This document shows positions 26,266 to 35,427 of a stretch of 64,000 nucleotides of DNA, piece by piece. Origin of the DNA: Deltaproteobacteria bacterium (GTDB lineage: Bacteria > Desulfobacterota > BSN033 > WVXP01); assembly GCA_019308905.1 (NCBI GenBank), contig JAFDHF010000007.1:6533-70532 (forward strand). Reading direction: 5' to 3'. How positions within the stretch are numbered: position 1 is the first letter of the stretch; the number at the start of each line of letters is the position of its first letter. The translations under genes and the position numbers were made by a program. The notes beneath the pieces are model-generated. The model did not search any database. It had not been told where the DNA came from and was given only the letters and a program-made list of their open reading frames with translations.

Positions 26266-27414
26266 TCAATACCTGCCCAATAGATTCCGGGCGATGATGA
26301 TCTTCTCTATCTCCTTGGTTCCCTCGTATATCTCGACCACTTTTGAGTCTCGATAGAATCGCTCGATGTTGTAGTCGCCGATATATCCGTAGCCTCCGTG
26401 GAGTTGGAGGGCCTCGTCTGCGACGTGGACAGCGGTCTCCCCTGTGAACCATTTGGCCATGGAGATCAGGTGTGGGTCCACCTTGCCTTGGTCGACGAGC
26501 CAGGCGGCCTTCTGGTAAAGGGTACGTCCCGCCTCGATGCGGGTGGCCATCTCGGCGATCTTGAACTGAACCGCCTGAAAGGAGGCCAGAGCTTTACCGA
26601 ACTGTCTCCGTTGCCGCACGTGGTCGATCGCCTGCTCCATCGCTCCCTGGGCCAGACCGGTTGCCTGGGCGCATATGTGGAGGCGGGTATGATCGAAGAA
26701 GGTCATGAGCTGTTGGAATCCGCGGCCGGGGGTTCCCACCAGGTTTCCCCTCGGCACCCTGACATCACTGAAAGAGATCTCGGCCGTGTCCGAAGCCCGG
26801 ATCCCCAGTTTGTTGGTCAGCTTGTTGGCTTCAAAACCTTTTCGATCCGTCTCGACCGTGATCACGCTGAAACGGTCATGCCTGGAAGGAGCCTCTGGCT
26901 CTGTCAGGCAGAGGACCTGGAGGAAATCGGCGATCGTTCCATTGGTGATGAACATCTTGTTACCGTTGATGACATACTCGTCATTCTCCAGGGTGGCCGT
27001 GGTCTTGACCGAGGCCACATCGCTTCCTGCATCGGGTTCGGTGATGGCGGCTCCGGTGATGGCCTCTCCACGAACCAGAGGAGGGAGCCATCTGGTCTTC
27101 TGCTCCTCATTGCCGAAGAGTTGGATCATCTCCGAACCGAAAGTGGCTGACAGGACAGATCCGGCGATTCCGGGATCCACTCTCCAGAACTCCTCGTTTA
27201 TCAGACAGTGCTCCAGAAATCCAAGCCCGGCCCCTCCATAGGTTTCCTCGATAAAGACCCCGACAAAGCCAAGCTCGCAGGCCTTTTTCCAGACACCTTT
27301 GGGGAACTCTTCCGAGCGGTCGCACTCCTGGGCCAAATCCGGGAATTCCCCCTCGGCAAATTCCCGGGCAGCCTTGATGATGTCTCTCTGTTCTTCGCTC
27401 AATTCGAAGTCCAT
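26266..27414 (-). CDS. Acyl-CoA dehydrogenase (generic short/medium-chain type)
   Basis: Motifs MDFELSEEQ..., ITEPDAGSD, FQAVQFKIAEM and YEGT.EI. ATG at 27414 with AAGGGGGA RBS. Confidence 0.92.
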   Translation of the reverse strand: MDFELSEEQRDIIKAAREFAEGEFPDLAQECDRSEEFPKGVWKKACELGFVGVFIEETYGGAGLGFLEHCLINEEFWRVDPGIAGSVLSATFGSEMIQLFGNEEQKTRWLPPLVRGEAITGAAITEPDAGSDVASVKTTATLENDEYVINGNKMFITNGTIADFLQVLCLTEPEAPSRHDRFSVITVETDRKGFEANKLTNKLGIRASDTAEISFSDVRVPRGNLVGTPGRGFQQLMTFFDHTRLHICAQATGLAQGAMEQAIDHVRQRRQFGKALASFQAVQFKIAEMATRIEAGRTLYQKAAWLVDQGKVDPHLISMAKWFTGETAVHVADEALQLHGGYGYIGDYNIERFYRDSKVVEIYEGTKEIEKIIIARNLLGRY

Positions 27415-27599
27415 GGATCCCCCTTCACAATCCCCTTTCTCATGGGGTTCGCCCACTCTCACCTTCATGGCCCGTCAAAGGTGCCGGTGGAATTGCGAGG
27501 TTGAACAAGGCTTGGGGAAATGGCTGACAGGCGCCGCAGCACGGCACCCATTATAGATGGCAGGGAGAAATCTGTCAAGGTCAGGCGGCGGGCCCGTCG

Positions 27600-28736
27600 T
27601 TATGAGGCATGCCCCGAGACCGGGCAGGCCACTCCCAGTATCCTTGAGACCCTCTTCAGCTCCTTGGAGGCCTCAGTCGCCATGATGGAGATGAGAGGAT
27701 CGATCCAGAGGACCTGCCTTTGGTTATCTGTGGTCCCCCTTGCTCCGCCGTTTTCTTTGGGTCTTGCCGCCCGGGGATAGATCCTGAGCAGGGATCGCGC
27801 TGCATCGGCTTCTTGGGACAGGTAGGCGGCGCCGTTGTTGACCTTGTATCTCCAAAGCTCAGCCACGTTTTCGTAATGGATCAGGATATTCCCGATCGAG
27901 TGGGCCAGTGTGAGTCTCTTTCGTGCCTCATCGCTGTCCATGAAAGACTCGACTCTGGATTTGGCATTCTCCAATTCATCCACATAGGCCTGATATGAGA
28001 TCCCGCTCCGGTAGTCCGCATCGAGCACCAGCAGGGCCTCGACAGCCTCTCCGGCGAGTGCAAGATCCGCCTTCTTTTCCGGGCCATTCTCCTGGAGAGC
28101 CTCCTGTTTCCGTGAAGCGAACATGGCCTCGGTTTTCAGATTCTCTCTTCCATCCTGAGAACGATTCATCATGAGCAAGAAGAAAAGGGAGAGCAACACC
28201 AGGACGCCTGCTATCAGGACAGAGCTTGCCCGTTGGATCTGGGAAGCCCCCGGTGCCGGTGCCCTGTTCTCTGGCTTCGCCTGGATGATCAACACCTTCG
28301 ATCCCAGCTCTTCGAGATCTCCTCTGATTCTTACCGCCTCGTCGTAGCTGTATTGGCCGGGCACGAGAGCCGGGGTTCTTCTCAAGAGGTCATTCTTGAT
28401 AACGAGATAATCCAAGTTCAAGAGACCGTTGAGGTGGCTTGCTATTCTGTGTTTGGATTCCTCCGTATCGATCTGGTTTATGCAGAGGCTGAACCTACCC
28501 TTCCGGTCCTTGGACGGTCCGGTTCCCCGGTTTTGTGCGGCTCCCGATTCATCCGATTGAATGCCGATTCTTCCTCCCATCTGCTCGATTCTCTCTGGAG
28601 CGGATTCGGCCTCTTTTCTGCCTGCTTTTCTCCGGACAATTTCAGGTGGCCGAGCCGGTTGCCTGTCCACCTGTCCGGGGTCGATGGTGAAGATCCCTGA
28701 TAGATCCTCCTGCGATTTGTCTCCCCTTTGCTTCAT
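27600..28736 (-). CDS. Hypothetical single-pass membrane protein
   Basis: 378 aa with one clear TM segment (VLIAGVLVLLSLFFLLMM), a charged N-terminal part and a helical C-terminal part. I recognise no family. Confidence 0.55.
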   Translation of the reverse strand: MKQRGDKSQEDLSGIFTIDPGQVDRQPARPPEIVRRKAGRKEAESAPERIEQMGGRIGIQSDESGAAQNRGTGPSKDRKGRFSLCINQIDTEESKHRIASHLNGLLNLDYLVIKNDLLRRTPALVPGQYSYDEAVRIRGDLEELGSKVLIIQAKPENRAPAPGASQIQRASSVLIAGVLVLLSLFFLLMMNRSQDGRENLKTEAMFASRKQEALQENGPEKKADLALAGEAVEALLVLDADYRSGISYQAYVDELENAKSRVESFMDSDEARKRLTLAHSIGNILIHYENVAELWRYKVNNGAAYLSQEADAARSLLRIYPRAARPKENGGARGTTDNQRQVLWIDPLISIMATEASKELKRVSRILGVACPVSGHAS

Positions 28737-29069
28737 GTTGTCACGCCACCCTCGAAGACGACGTTTTGTCTCTGGTCCGAAAGGCTATCGGACGTCTTTT
28801 CCAGCGTCTTGTATCGCCGGCCGCTCACAGGGCCGAAGGCTGCCCCCTTGAGAAACAAAAAGACGACAGGCATCCTCTATCTTTATCGGCAGTCCGGGCC
28901 CGGAAGATGAATCGAATCTCTCGGAGCCTCACATCCTGTAGAAGGAAGAGGATGGCCGGCCCGGCCGGTCCGTTTCAAGCGTCCTGCCGGTCGATGAGGT
29001 TACAGGGCTTTCTTCTCTTTTTCCAGGTATCCGATCTAAGGATGGTGCGAGGGGGGGAGATACTCCGGC

Positions 29070-29345
29070 TCATCCGTACCGGTACTGTACGCCGAACTCG
29101 CCCCTGGGATATCTCCATGTGACGGCCCCGTAAATACACGCGATCAGGCAGGTTCCGCATTCGAGGCAGCCGGCGAATTCAACCTGCATTTTTCTGCTCT
29201 CCTCGTTCAGTTCGTAAAGATGGGCCGGACAGGCGTATATGCAGAACCGCTCCCTGCAGATCATGCATTTTTCCTGGTCGAGGGTGATGTGGCTTTCCGT
29301 ATCGTTCTTGAAGGCATCGACGGCCAGTTTTTCCTGGATTTCCAT
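29070..29345 (-). CDS. fixX: Ferredoxin-like protein FixX
   Basis: 91 aa. Motifs CMICRERFCIYACP and CLECGTCLIAC. Lies immediately after fixC. Confidence 0.9.
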   Translation of the reverse strand: MEIQEKLAVDAFKNDTESHITLDQEKCMICRERFCIYACPAHLYELNEESRKMQVEFAGCLECGTCLIACIYGAVTWRYPRGEFGVQYRYG

Positions 29346-29362
29346 GGCGATTCCTTCAGTGG

Positions 29363-30652
29363 CTAGATACCCCGTAGGCTCCAGAGATCCTTGATCCCCC
29401 GGAGGGTGAGGATATTTCTTCGAAGTTCCTTGAAAACGGTGGAGGAGAGCCTCTCTTTCGGTTTTTCGTCTATCTCCATCACCTTTTCTAAAAGGTCACA
29501 GACGGACTGGGGGTAGAGGGAAAAGAGTCTCGGGTTTTTCAGTATCTCGGCGGAACGTCTGAATGTCTCCATATCCCTGATGATCACACTCCGCTTCAAG
29601 AGGTATTCATAGTGGGAGAGGGTGGAAGCCGAGAAATCGTTCGACTGTGCGGCACGCTTGATCGTTTCTGCGGCCAGCACACCTGAGATCATGGCGTACT
29701 CCATGCCGCGGACCGTGACGAGCATGTTGAGGCCGAATCCGGCGGCATCGCCCACCACGAGCATTCCATCGCGCACAAGGCCTGCCAATCTGCGAATTCC
29801 GCCCTCCGGAATGAGATGAGCCGAGTACTCTACGGTCTCCCCTCCCTCGACAAGCCGTCTGATCTCGGGGCGTTCTTTGAATGCATCGAGGAGCCGGTAT
29901 GCTTCGATACCGTTCTGCAACCGGGTCAAGGGTGCGAGGCCGAGGACCATACCCAGGGAGATGGTCTCCTTGTTGGTGTATATGAAACCGCCGCCCATCA
30001 TACCTCCGGTGATAGCTCCCACAAAGAGTTGGGCCGCTCCCTGGCCCGGTTCCAGGTTGAAGCGGTCCTCGATCTTCCGGTCCCCCAGGTGGATGATCTC
30101 CTTGTACCCCACGGCGAGATCCTCAGGCTCGAAGTCCCTCCTAAGGCCGGCTCTCTCTGCCAGGAAGGAGAGCACGCCGTCGGCAGCCACAACGACCCGC
30201 GCAGGGATCTCTTCATCTCCTGCTGTTACTCCCACCACCCTCTTTCCATCCATGAGCAGGTCGTCTACCCGCTTCTGGGGGATAACGAAGCCCCCTCTCT
30301 CGGCCACCTTCTCGGAAAGCCACCGGTCGAACCTAGCCCGGAGGATGGTGTAGCTCGGATAGGGGCGCTGGTCGCGCCTGTCGCTGTAATGGTCGATGGA
30401 TGTTGAGTTCGTCCTGCCCAGCAGCGTGAGTCTTTCCCGTACCACGTGCCTTTCCAGGGGGGCCTCGTCCCACAGGTCGGGGAGAAGCCTCCGGACGGGT
30501 TCGAGATAGATTCTGCCGCCCGTGACGTTCTTGCTTCCAGAGAAGTCTCCCCTCTCGAGCACCAGCACCGTAAGTCCCGAGTCGGCCAATCCATAGGCAC
30601 AGGAGAGACCTGCCAGGCCTCCTCCCACGATTACTACATCGATTCTTTCCAC
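29363..30652 (-). CDS. fixC: FAD-dependent ETF-quinone-oxidoreductase-like protein FixC
   Basis: VVIVGGGLAGLSCAYGLA dinucleotide fold, 429 aa, located between etfA and fixX. GTG start. Confidence 0.9.
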   Translation of the reverse strand: MERIDVVIVGGGLAGLSCAYGLADSGLTVLVLERGDFSGSKNVTGGRIYLEPVRRLLPDLWDEAPLERHVVRERLTLLGRTNSTSIDHYSDRRDQRPYPSYTILRARFDRWLSEKVAERGGFVIPQKRVDDLLMDGKRVVGVTAGDEEIPARVVVAADGVLSFLAERAGLRRDFEPEDLAVGYKEIIHLGDRKIEDRFNLEPGQGAAQLFVGAITGGMMGGGFIYTNKETISLGMVLGLAPLTRLQNGIEAYRLLDAFKERPEIRRLVEGGETVEYSAHLIPEGGIRRLAGLVRDGMLVVGDAAGFGLNMLVTVRGMEYAMISGVLAAETIKRAAQSNDFSASTLSHYEYLLKRSVIIRDMETFRRSAEILKNPRLFSLYPQSVCDLLEKVMEIDEKPKERLSSTVFKELRRNILTLRGIKDLWSLRGI

Positions 30653-30718
30653 TTCGACCTCTGCTCTACCGGGGGGTGTCGCCTGACCGGTTCAGCGTTT
30701 CAGCCCCTGCGAGTCTAC

Positions 30719-31705
30719 TCAGACCTCGTCCTTCATCTTCGTGATCTCCTCCTTGAGGGCCGGGATCACCTCCATCATGTCTCCCACCAGGGCATAGTCC
30801 GCGTAGTTGAAGATCAAAGCGTTGGTATCGGTGTTGACGGCCACAACCGTCTTGCAGGTCTGGATCCCGAGGACGTGGTGGATGGCCCCTGACAGGCCGA
30901 AGGCAAAGTAGAGCCGCGCCGAGATGTTCTTGCCGCTCTTGCCGATCTGATCGTTGACATCCCACCACCCGTTGTCCACCACAGCCCGGGTGACACCGAT
31001 GGTGGCTCCCAGGGCATCTGCCAGGTCCTGAACGGCCTTGAAGTTGCCCGGGTCCCTGATGCCTCGACCCACGCCGACAACCACCTCGGCTTCAGCCACG
31101 TCGACTTTCTCCTGGGTGGTCTTCTCAACCCCCTCGACTTTCTGCCGGATCTCGCCCCCCTCGAGACCTGTGGTGTCCCGGATCACCTCAGCCCTCTTGT
31201 TCATCTTTTCCAAGGTGAACGTGTTGGGCCTTACCGTTGCCATCTGAGGGGAGGCCTCGGGGATTGAGACCTGGCAGAAGACCTTTCCTCCGTATATCGG
31301 GCGAGTGGCAAGGAGTCTCCCCTCGTCGCCGATTGCCAGACCAGTACAGTCGGGGATGAGACCGGTTTTCAGACGCACCGCGACCCGTGGAAAGAGGTCT
31401 CTGCCCGTGGAGGTGGAACCGGCCAGCAGGACAGCGGGACCGTGCTTCCTGACAAGGGAGGCGAGAGCGAGTGTGTAGCCGTCGCTGGTGTAGGCTGCGA
31501 GTCTCTCATCTTCGGCAAGGTAGACCCGGTCAGCGTAAGACCGGAGATTCTCCAGTGCCGAATCCGTGGGCCTTCCCAGGAGCACGGCTCCAACAGGTCC
31601 CCCGATCTCCTTTGAGAATCCATCAGCCGCGCATAACAGTTCGAGGCTGACCTTGCGGATGGCGCCCTCTACGCTCTCAACAAATACCCAAACCTCTCCG
31701 CCCAT
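30719..31705 (-). CDS. etfA: Electron transfer flavoprotein alpha subunit (EtfA/FixB)
   Basis: C-terminal ETF-alpha signature (AVNTDTNALIFNYADYALVGDMMEVIPAL). AAAAGGAGA RBS. Confidence 0.93.
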   Translation of the reverse strand: MGGEVWVFVESVEGAIRKVSLELLCAADGFSKEIGGPVGAVLLGRPTDSALENLRSYADRVYLAEDERLAAYTSDGYTLALASLVRKHGPAVLLAGSTSTGRDLFPRVAVRLKTGLIPDCTGLAIGDEGRLLATRPIYGGKVFCQVSIPEASPQMATVRPNTFTLEKMNKRAEVIRDTTGLEGGEIRQKVEGVEKTTQEKVDVAEAEVVVGVGRGIRDPGNFKAVQDLADALGATIGVTRAVVDNGWWDVNDQIGKSGKNISARLYFAFGLSGAIHHVLGIQTCKTVVAVNTDTNALIFNYADYALVGDMMEVIPALKEEITKMKDEV

Positions 31706-31754
31706 GGATATCTCCTTTTATAGGATACGGTCTTTCGGTTTGAAGACACCCCCT

Positions 31755-32537
31755 CTAGAGGGCCTTCGCCTCTTCCCTGAGGAGTCTCACAAGCCTTCTC
31801 ACGTTGTCCGGGAAATCCTCCTCGATTCTCATCGCCTTTGACCGCTTGGGTGGGGGGAGATACCTCAGAATCCTGACCTTCCGGCCTCGTTCACCCACCT
31901 CGGCAGGGTCGACGCCCAGGGCTCCGAGATCGAGCTTTCTGACCTGGACCTTCATCGCCTTCATCATGCCCATTACCTGGGGAATTCTCGGGGTGTTCAG
32001 GCCCTTTTGAGTCGTCAGCACGGCGGGAAGAGGACAGAGGAGGATCTCCCTGCCCCCCTCGACCTGGCGAGCCACCCGTGCAGACCTGCCGTCTTCAGCG
32101 ATTTCGAGTCCCAGGATCGAACTCACGTGGGGGAGATCGAGCAGTTCTGCCACGGCAGGGCCGACTATGGCGGCATCATCGTCCATGGCCTGGCGGCCAC
32201 AGAGGATGACATCCCACGGTTCCTTCTTGAGGAAGGCCGCCAGTACCCTTGCGATTCCAAATGAGTCGGACCCCTCCAGGGCCGCATCACTGATCTGGAC
32301 CGCATGGTCCGCCCCCATGGCTATCCCTCTTCTCAGGGCGTCGATTCTCCTGTTGTCCACGGTCACGACGGTAACCGTGCCGCCGAACTTCTCTTTCAAC
32401 TTCACGGCCTCTTCGATGGCTATCTCATCGAAAAAATTCGTGAAATACTTGTTCTCGATCTCCAGTTCCGAATCAGACCGGATCCTGACAATCGCTTCGG
32501 TATCGGGTACGTACTTGACAAGGACACAGATATTCAT
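31755..32537 (-). CDS. etfB: Electron transfer flavoprotein beta subunit (EtfB/FixA)
   Basis: N-terminal MNICVLVKYVPDTE and 260 aa. GGGAGGAAG RBS. Confidence 0.93.
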   Translation of the reverse strand: MNICVLVKYVPDTEAIVRIRSDSELEIENKYFTNFFDEIAIEEAVKLKEKFGGTVTVVTVDNRRIDALRRGIAMGADHAVQISDAALEGSDSFGIARVLAAFLKKEPWDVILCGRQAMDDDAAIVGPAVAELLDLPHVSSILGLEIAEDGRSARVARQVEGGREILLCPLPAVLTTQKGLNTPRIPQVMGMMKAMKVQVRKLDLGALGVDPAEVGERGRKVRILRYLPPPKRSKAMRIEEDFPDNVRRLVRLLREEAKAL

Positions 32538-32555
32538 CCAGTCTTCCTCCCGAGG

Positions 32556-33746
32556 TCAAACCGCCTGTTTTTTCAGGTACATTCGCCCGAGGTAATCCTT
32601 GATCACCTCGTGGGTTCCCCCTCCATAGAGGGCGTACATTGCGTTCTTCCAGTATCTCTGGACAGGGTATTCGGTGCAGAAGGCATTCCCACCATAGACC
32701 CGCATGGCCTCTTCCACGGTTGTTATGCACATCTCGGTGGCATGGAACTTTGCGGCCATACACAGTTCCACGAGCTCCCTGAAGCTGATACCGCAGGTGT
32801 CTGCGTTTTCGATCATCCAGGCGCACTTGTAACACTGTGTCCTGGCGGCTTCGTACCAGGCCCAGCACCTCGCGAATTTCTCCCGGATAAGCTGGTAGGT
32901 TCCGATGGGATTGCCGAAGGCGATCCTGTTGTTCGCGTATTCGCCCGTATCCTCGAGGGCGCACTTGGCGATGGCAAGAGCGCTCATCCCCGTCATGATC
33001 CTGACTTCATTGAGTATCTCGTTCGCATGACGGACGCCCTTGCCGAGTTCTTCACCCAGGAAGTTCTCATCAGGGATGAAAACGTCGTCGAAGACGAGTT
33101 CCCCTGTGATGGCACAACGGCCGCCCACCTTGTGAAGAATCTGGCCCGGCACAAAGCCGTCTCGATCTTCTGTCTTCTTCTCCACGAGGAAGAAGTCGAG
33201 TCCTTTGAGCCCCTTGGAAGGGTCGGTGGTGGCCAGCACGGTTGCCACGTCCGCCAGGGGCCCCTGGGTTACCCACTGCTTTGTTCCGTTGATCCTCCAT
33301 CCCCCGGGGACCTTGGTTGCCCGGGTCCGTGTGCCTGCCAGGTCAGATCCTGATTGGTCTTCCGTAAAGCAGATGACGCATTTCTTTTCCCCCTTGATGG
33401 CCGGAACAAGGATTCGTTGCTTTGTTTCTTCGGTGGCGAATCGTTTGATAAAATAGGTACCCATCAGGACCTGCATGGCCGTCGCCATGGCAAAACCCAG
33501 GGAGCCCCTGAAGAGCTCCTCATAGAAGATCATCTGGTTGATCACCGGCTGGTTCATGCCCCCGTATTTCTCCTCGTGACGAAGGCCGAGCCAACCGAGA
33601 GAGGCGAATTCCCTCCATATGTCCTCCGGCCACTCCTCGGTATCGTCGAGTTCCTGCGCCCTGGGGATGATCAGGCGTTCCACAGTGTCCCTGATGGTCT
33701 GTCTGAAAAACTCCTGCTCCTCTGTGAAACTGAAATCGAGGGCCAT
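32556..33746 (-). CDS. Acyl-CoA dehydrogenase, CaiA-like (the YQLIREKFA segment resembles E. coli crotonobetainyl-CoA reductase, from memory)
   Basis: ACAD fold with FTEEQE, TEDQSGSD and FGNPIGTYQLIREKFA. GGAAGGAGG RBS. Confidence 0.88.
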   Translation of the reverse strand: MALDFSFTEEQEFFRQTIRDTVERLIIPRAQELDDTEEWPEDIWREFASLGWLGLRHEEKYGGMNQPVINQMIFYEELFRGSLGFAMATAMQVLMGTYFIKRFATEETKQRILVPAIKGEKKCVICFTEDQSGSDLAGTRTRATKVPGGWRINGTKQWVTQGPLADVATVLATTDPSKGLKGLDFFLVEKKTEDRDGFVPGQILHKVGGRCAITGELVFDDVFIPDENFLGEELGKGVRHANEILNEVRIMTGMSALAIAKCALEDTGEYANNRIAFGNPIGTYQLIREKFARCWAWYEAARTQCYKCAWMIENADTCGISFRELVELCMAAKFHATEMCITTVEEAMRVYGGNAFCTEYPVQRYWKNAMYALYGGGTHEVIKDYLGRMYLKKQAV

Positions 33747-33940
33747 GAACTAAGCCTCCTTCCTGATCTCCATACCTCCGACACGGCCAGTCATCATCAT
33801 GGAGGCGCGGAACACCCTGAACACAGCCGGGCGGCCTCAGACAACAGGAACCGGCCTCTTCGGAGAGGCTTCTCGGCAGGAATGGCAGCCTCAGAAAATC
33901 CGTAATGCCGGCCCCACGGCCGTCTTTCAGTGATCATTAC

Positions 33941-35140
33941 CTAGATGATCTGGCGTTCCCTCAGGTTCCTGAGTTGTTCGGCACTGTAGCCCAGGACGCC
34001 CCCATAGATCTCCTCGTTATGGCCTCCGAAACGGGGAGGAAAGCTAAGGGTGAAATCGACTGATCTGAGGTAGTCTGTCGTCACAGGGGGCGGGGAAAGG
34101 GTGAGGCGTGTCCCTGTGACAGGGTCCTCGGACCGGATGAGAACGTCTCTTATGTGAGGGTCCTGGGTAACCTCGTCGATGTTGTTGACCTTGGCAACCG
34201 GAATCGTCGCCCTCACGAAGATATCGATCCACTCTCTCGTTGTCTTTGTCTTTGTCACCTTTTCGATCTCTCTGTTCAGCTCTTGGACATCCGCTATCCG
34301 TCCCGCGTTGGTCTGGTACTGCTCCCTTGCCAGATGTTTGAACTCGGCCATGGAGACCAGAGTGTTCCACTGCCTCTCGTTTCCGATGGCAAGATAGATA
34401 TACCCGTCTTTGGTGGCATAGACCGACACGGGTGCAAAGAATTCATGGGTATTGCCCCTTCTGGAGATCCTCTTGCCGAAGCTCCTGGTGAGGGTTATGG
34501 GCACCGTACACCACGAGACCGTGCTCTGGAACATGGAGACATCGATGCGGCTCCCCTCCCCGGTTACAGCACGCTTGTACAGGGCCTTCATCAGTTCCCC
34601 AAAGGCGTGTTCACTCGCTCCCATGTCTGCAAGAGGGATTCCCACCACCTGGGGCGGTCCTCCCTTTTCCCCGGTCAGTTCCATCAGCCCGCCTCTCGCC
34701 TGGAGGATTGGATCATAGGCCGCCTCATTGCTGGCAGGGCCGAAACCTGTCAGGCCGAGCCAGATTATGTCCTTCTTGACGGTCTTCAGGATCTCGTAGT
34801 CGATCCCGAGCTTGCCGTAGTTTCTGGGGAGTTGATTGGTGGTGAATATGTCCACATCGAGCTCGATGATGAGCTTTCTGAGAATCTCCTGTCCCTCGGG
34901 CTTGGAAAGATCGAGGGTGATCGCCTTCTTGCCGGAGTTTATGGCCAAGAAGTACGAGAGCATCCGGTCCTCCCCAAGCACGTTGTCACCGATTCGCCTG
35001 TTGGGGTCGCCGTGTACAGGGTGCTCCAATCTGATAACCGTGGTACCCTGGTGAACGAGTCTCCAGGTCAGATAGGGAAGGGTTGTGGCCTGCTCGAGGG
35101 AGAGGACCGTCAGGTTTTTGAAAAGGTCGATTCGGCTCAT
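33941..35140 (-). CDS. Family III CoA-transferase (CaiB/BaiF/Frc family)
   Basis: About 400 aa. N-terminal L..L.VL.L....PY pattern, central GIPLADMG (Asp region) and GGHNEEI near the C-terminus. Confidence 0.85.
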   Translation of the reverse strand: MSRIDLFKNLTVLSLEQATTLPYLTWRLVHQGTTVIRLEHPVHGDPNRRIGDNVLGEDRMLSYFLAINSGKKAITLDLSKPEGQEILRKLIIELDVDIFTTNQLPRNYGKLGIDYEILKTVKKDIIWLGLTGFGPASNEAAYDPILQARGGLMELTGEKGGPPQVVGIPLADMGASEHAFGELMKALYKRAVTGEGSRIDVSMFQSTVSWCTVPITLTRSFGKRISRRGNTHEFFAPVSVYATKDGYIYLAIGNERQWNTLVSMAEFKHLAREQYQTNAGRIADVQELNREIEKVTKTKTTREWIDIFVRATIPVAKVNNIDEVTQDPHIRDVLIRSEDPVTGTRLTLSPPPVTTDYLRSVDFTLSFPPRFGGHNEEIYGGVLGYSAEQLRNLRERQII

Positions 35141-35427
35141 GGAAGCGCCCCCATCGTCGTAGACATGGCTGGATCTAAACCCGGGAACCTTGGAAGAGGA
35201 TTCGACGTGGCTGTCATGGGCATGCGGTTCATCGGAAAAATTACGCTACAGAGATAACCCGATGGAAAGGGATTGTCAAGCATTTTTGCCTTTCCCCGGC
35301 CTCAGGGAGGCTGTGAAGAGGGCTTCAGGGGGGTAAAGGCCTTGAAAAGCCGGTCCGGATGCTTTAGGATTGATTCGTTTTTCGATTCTATCCGATCCTC
35401 GGCAGTGTTCTCTATTGGGCAGAGACG

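Noticed and set aside
35274-35279. TTGACA (minus strand) upstream of the CoA-transferase gene as a promoter
   Set aside because: The best -10 candidate at 17-nt spacing is TATCTC, which is poor. This is too weak to report as a feature.
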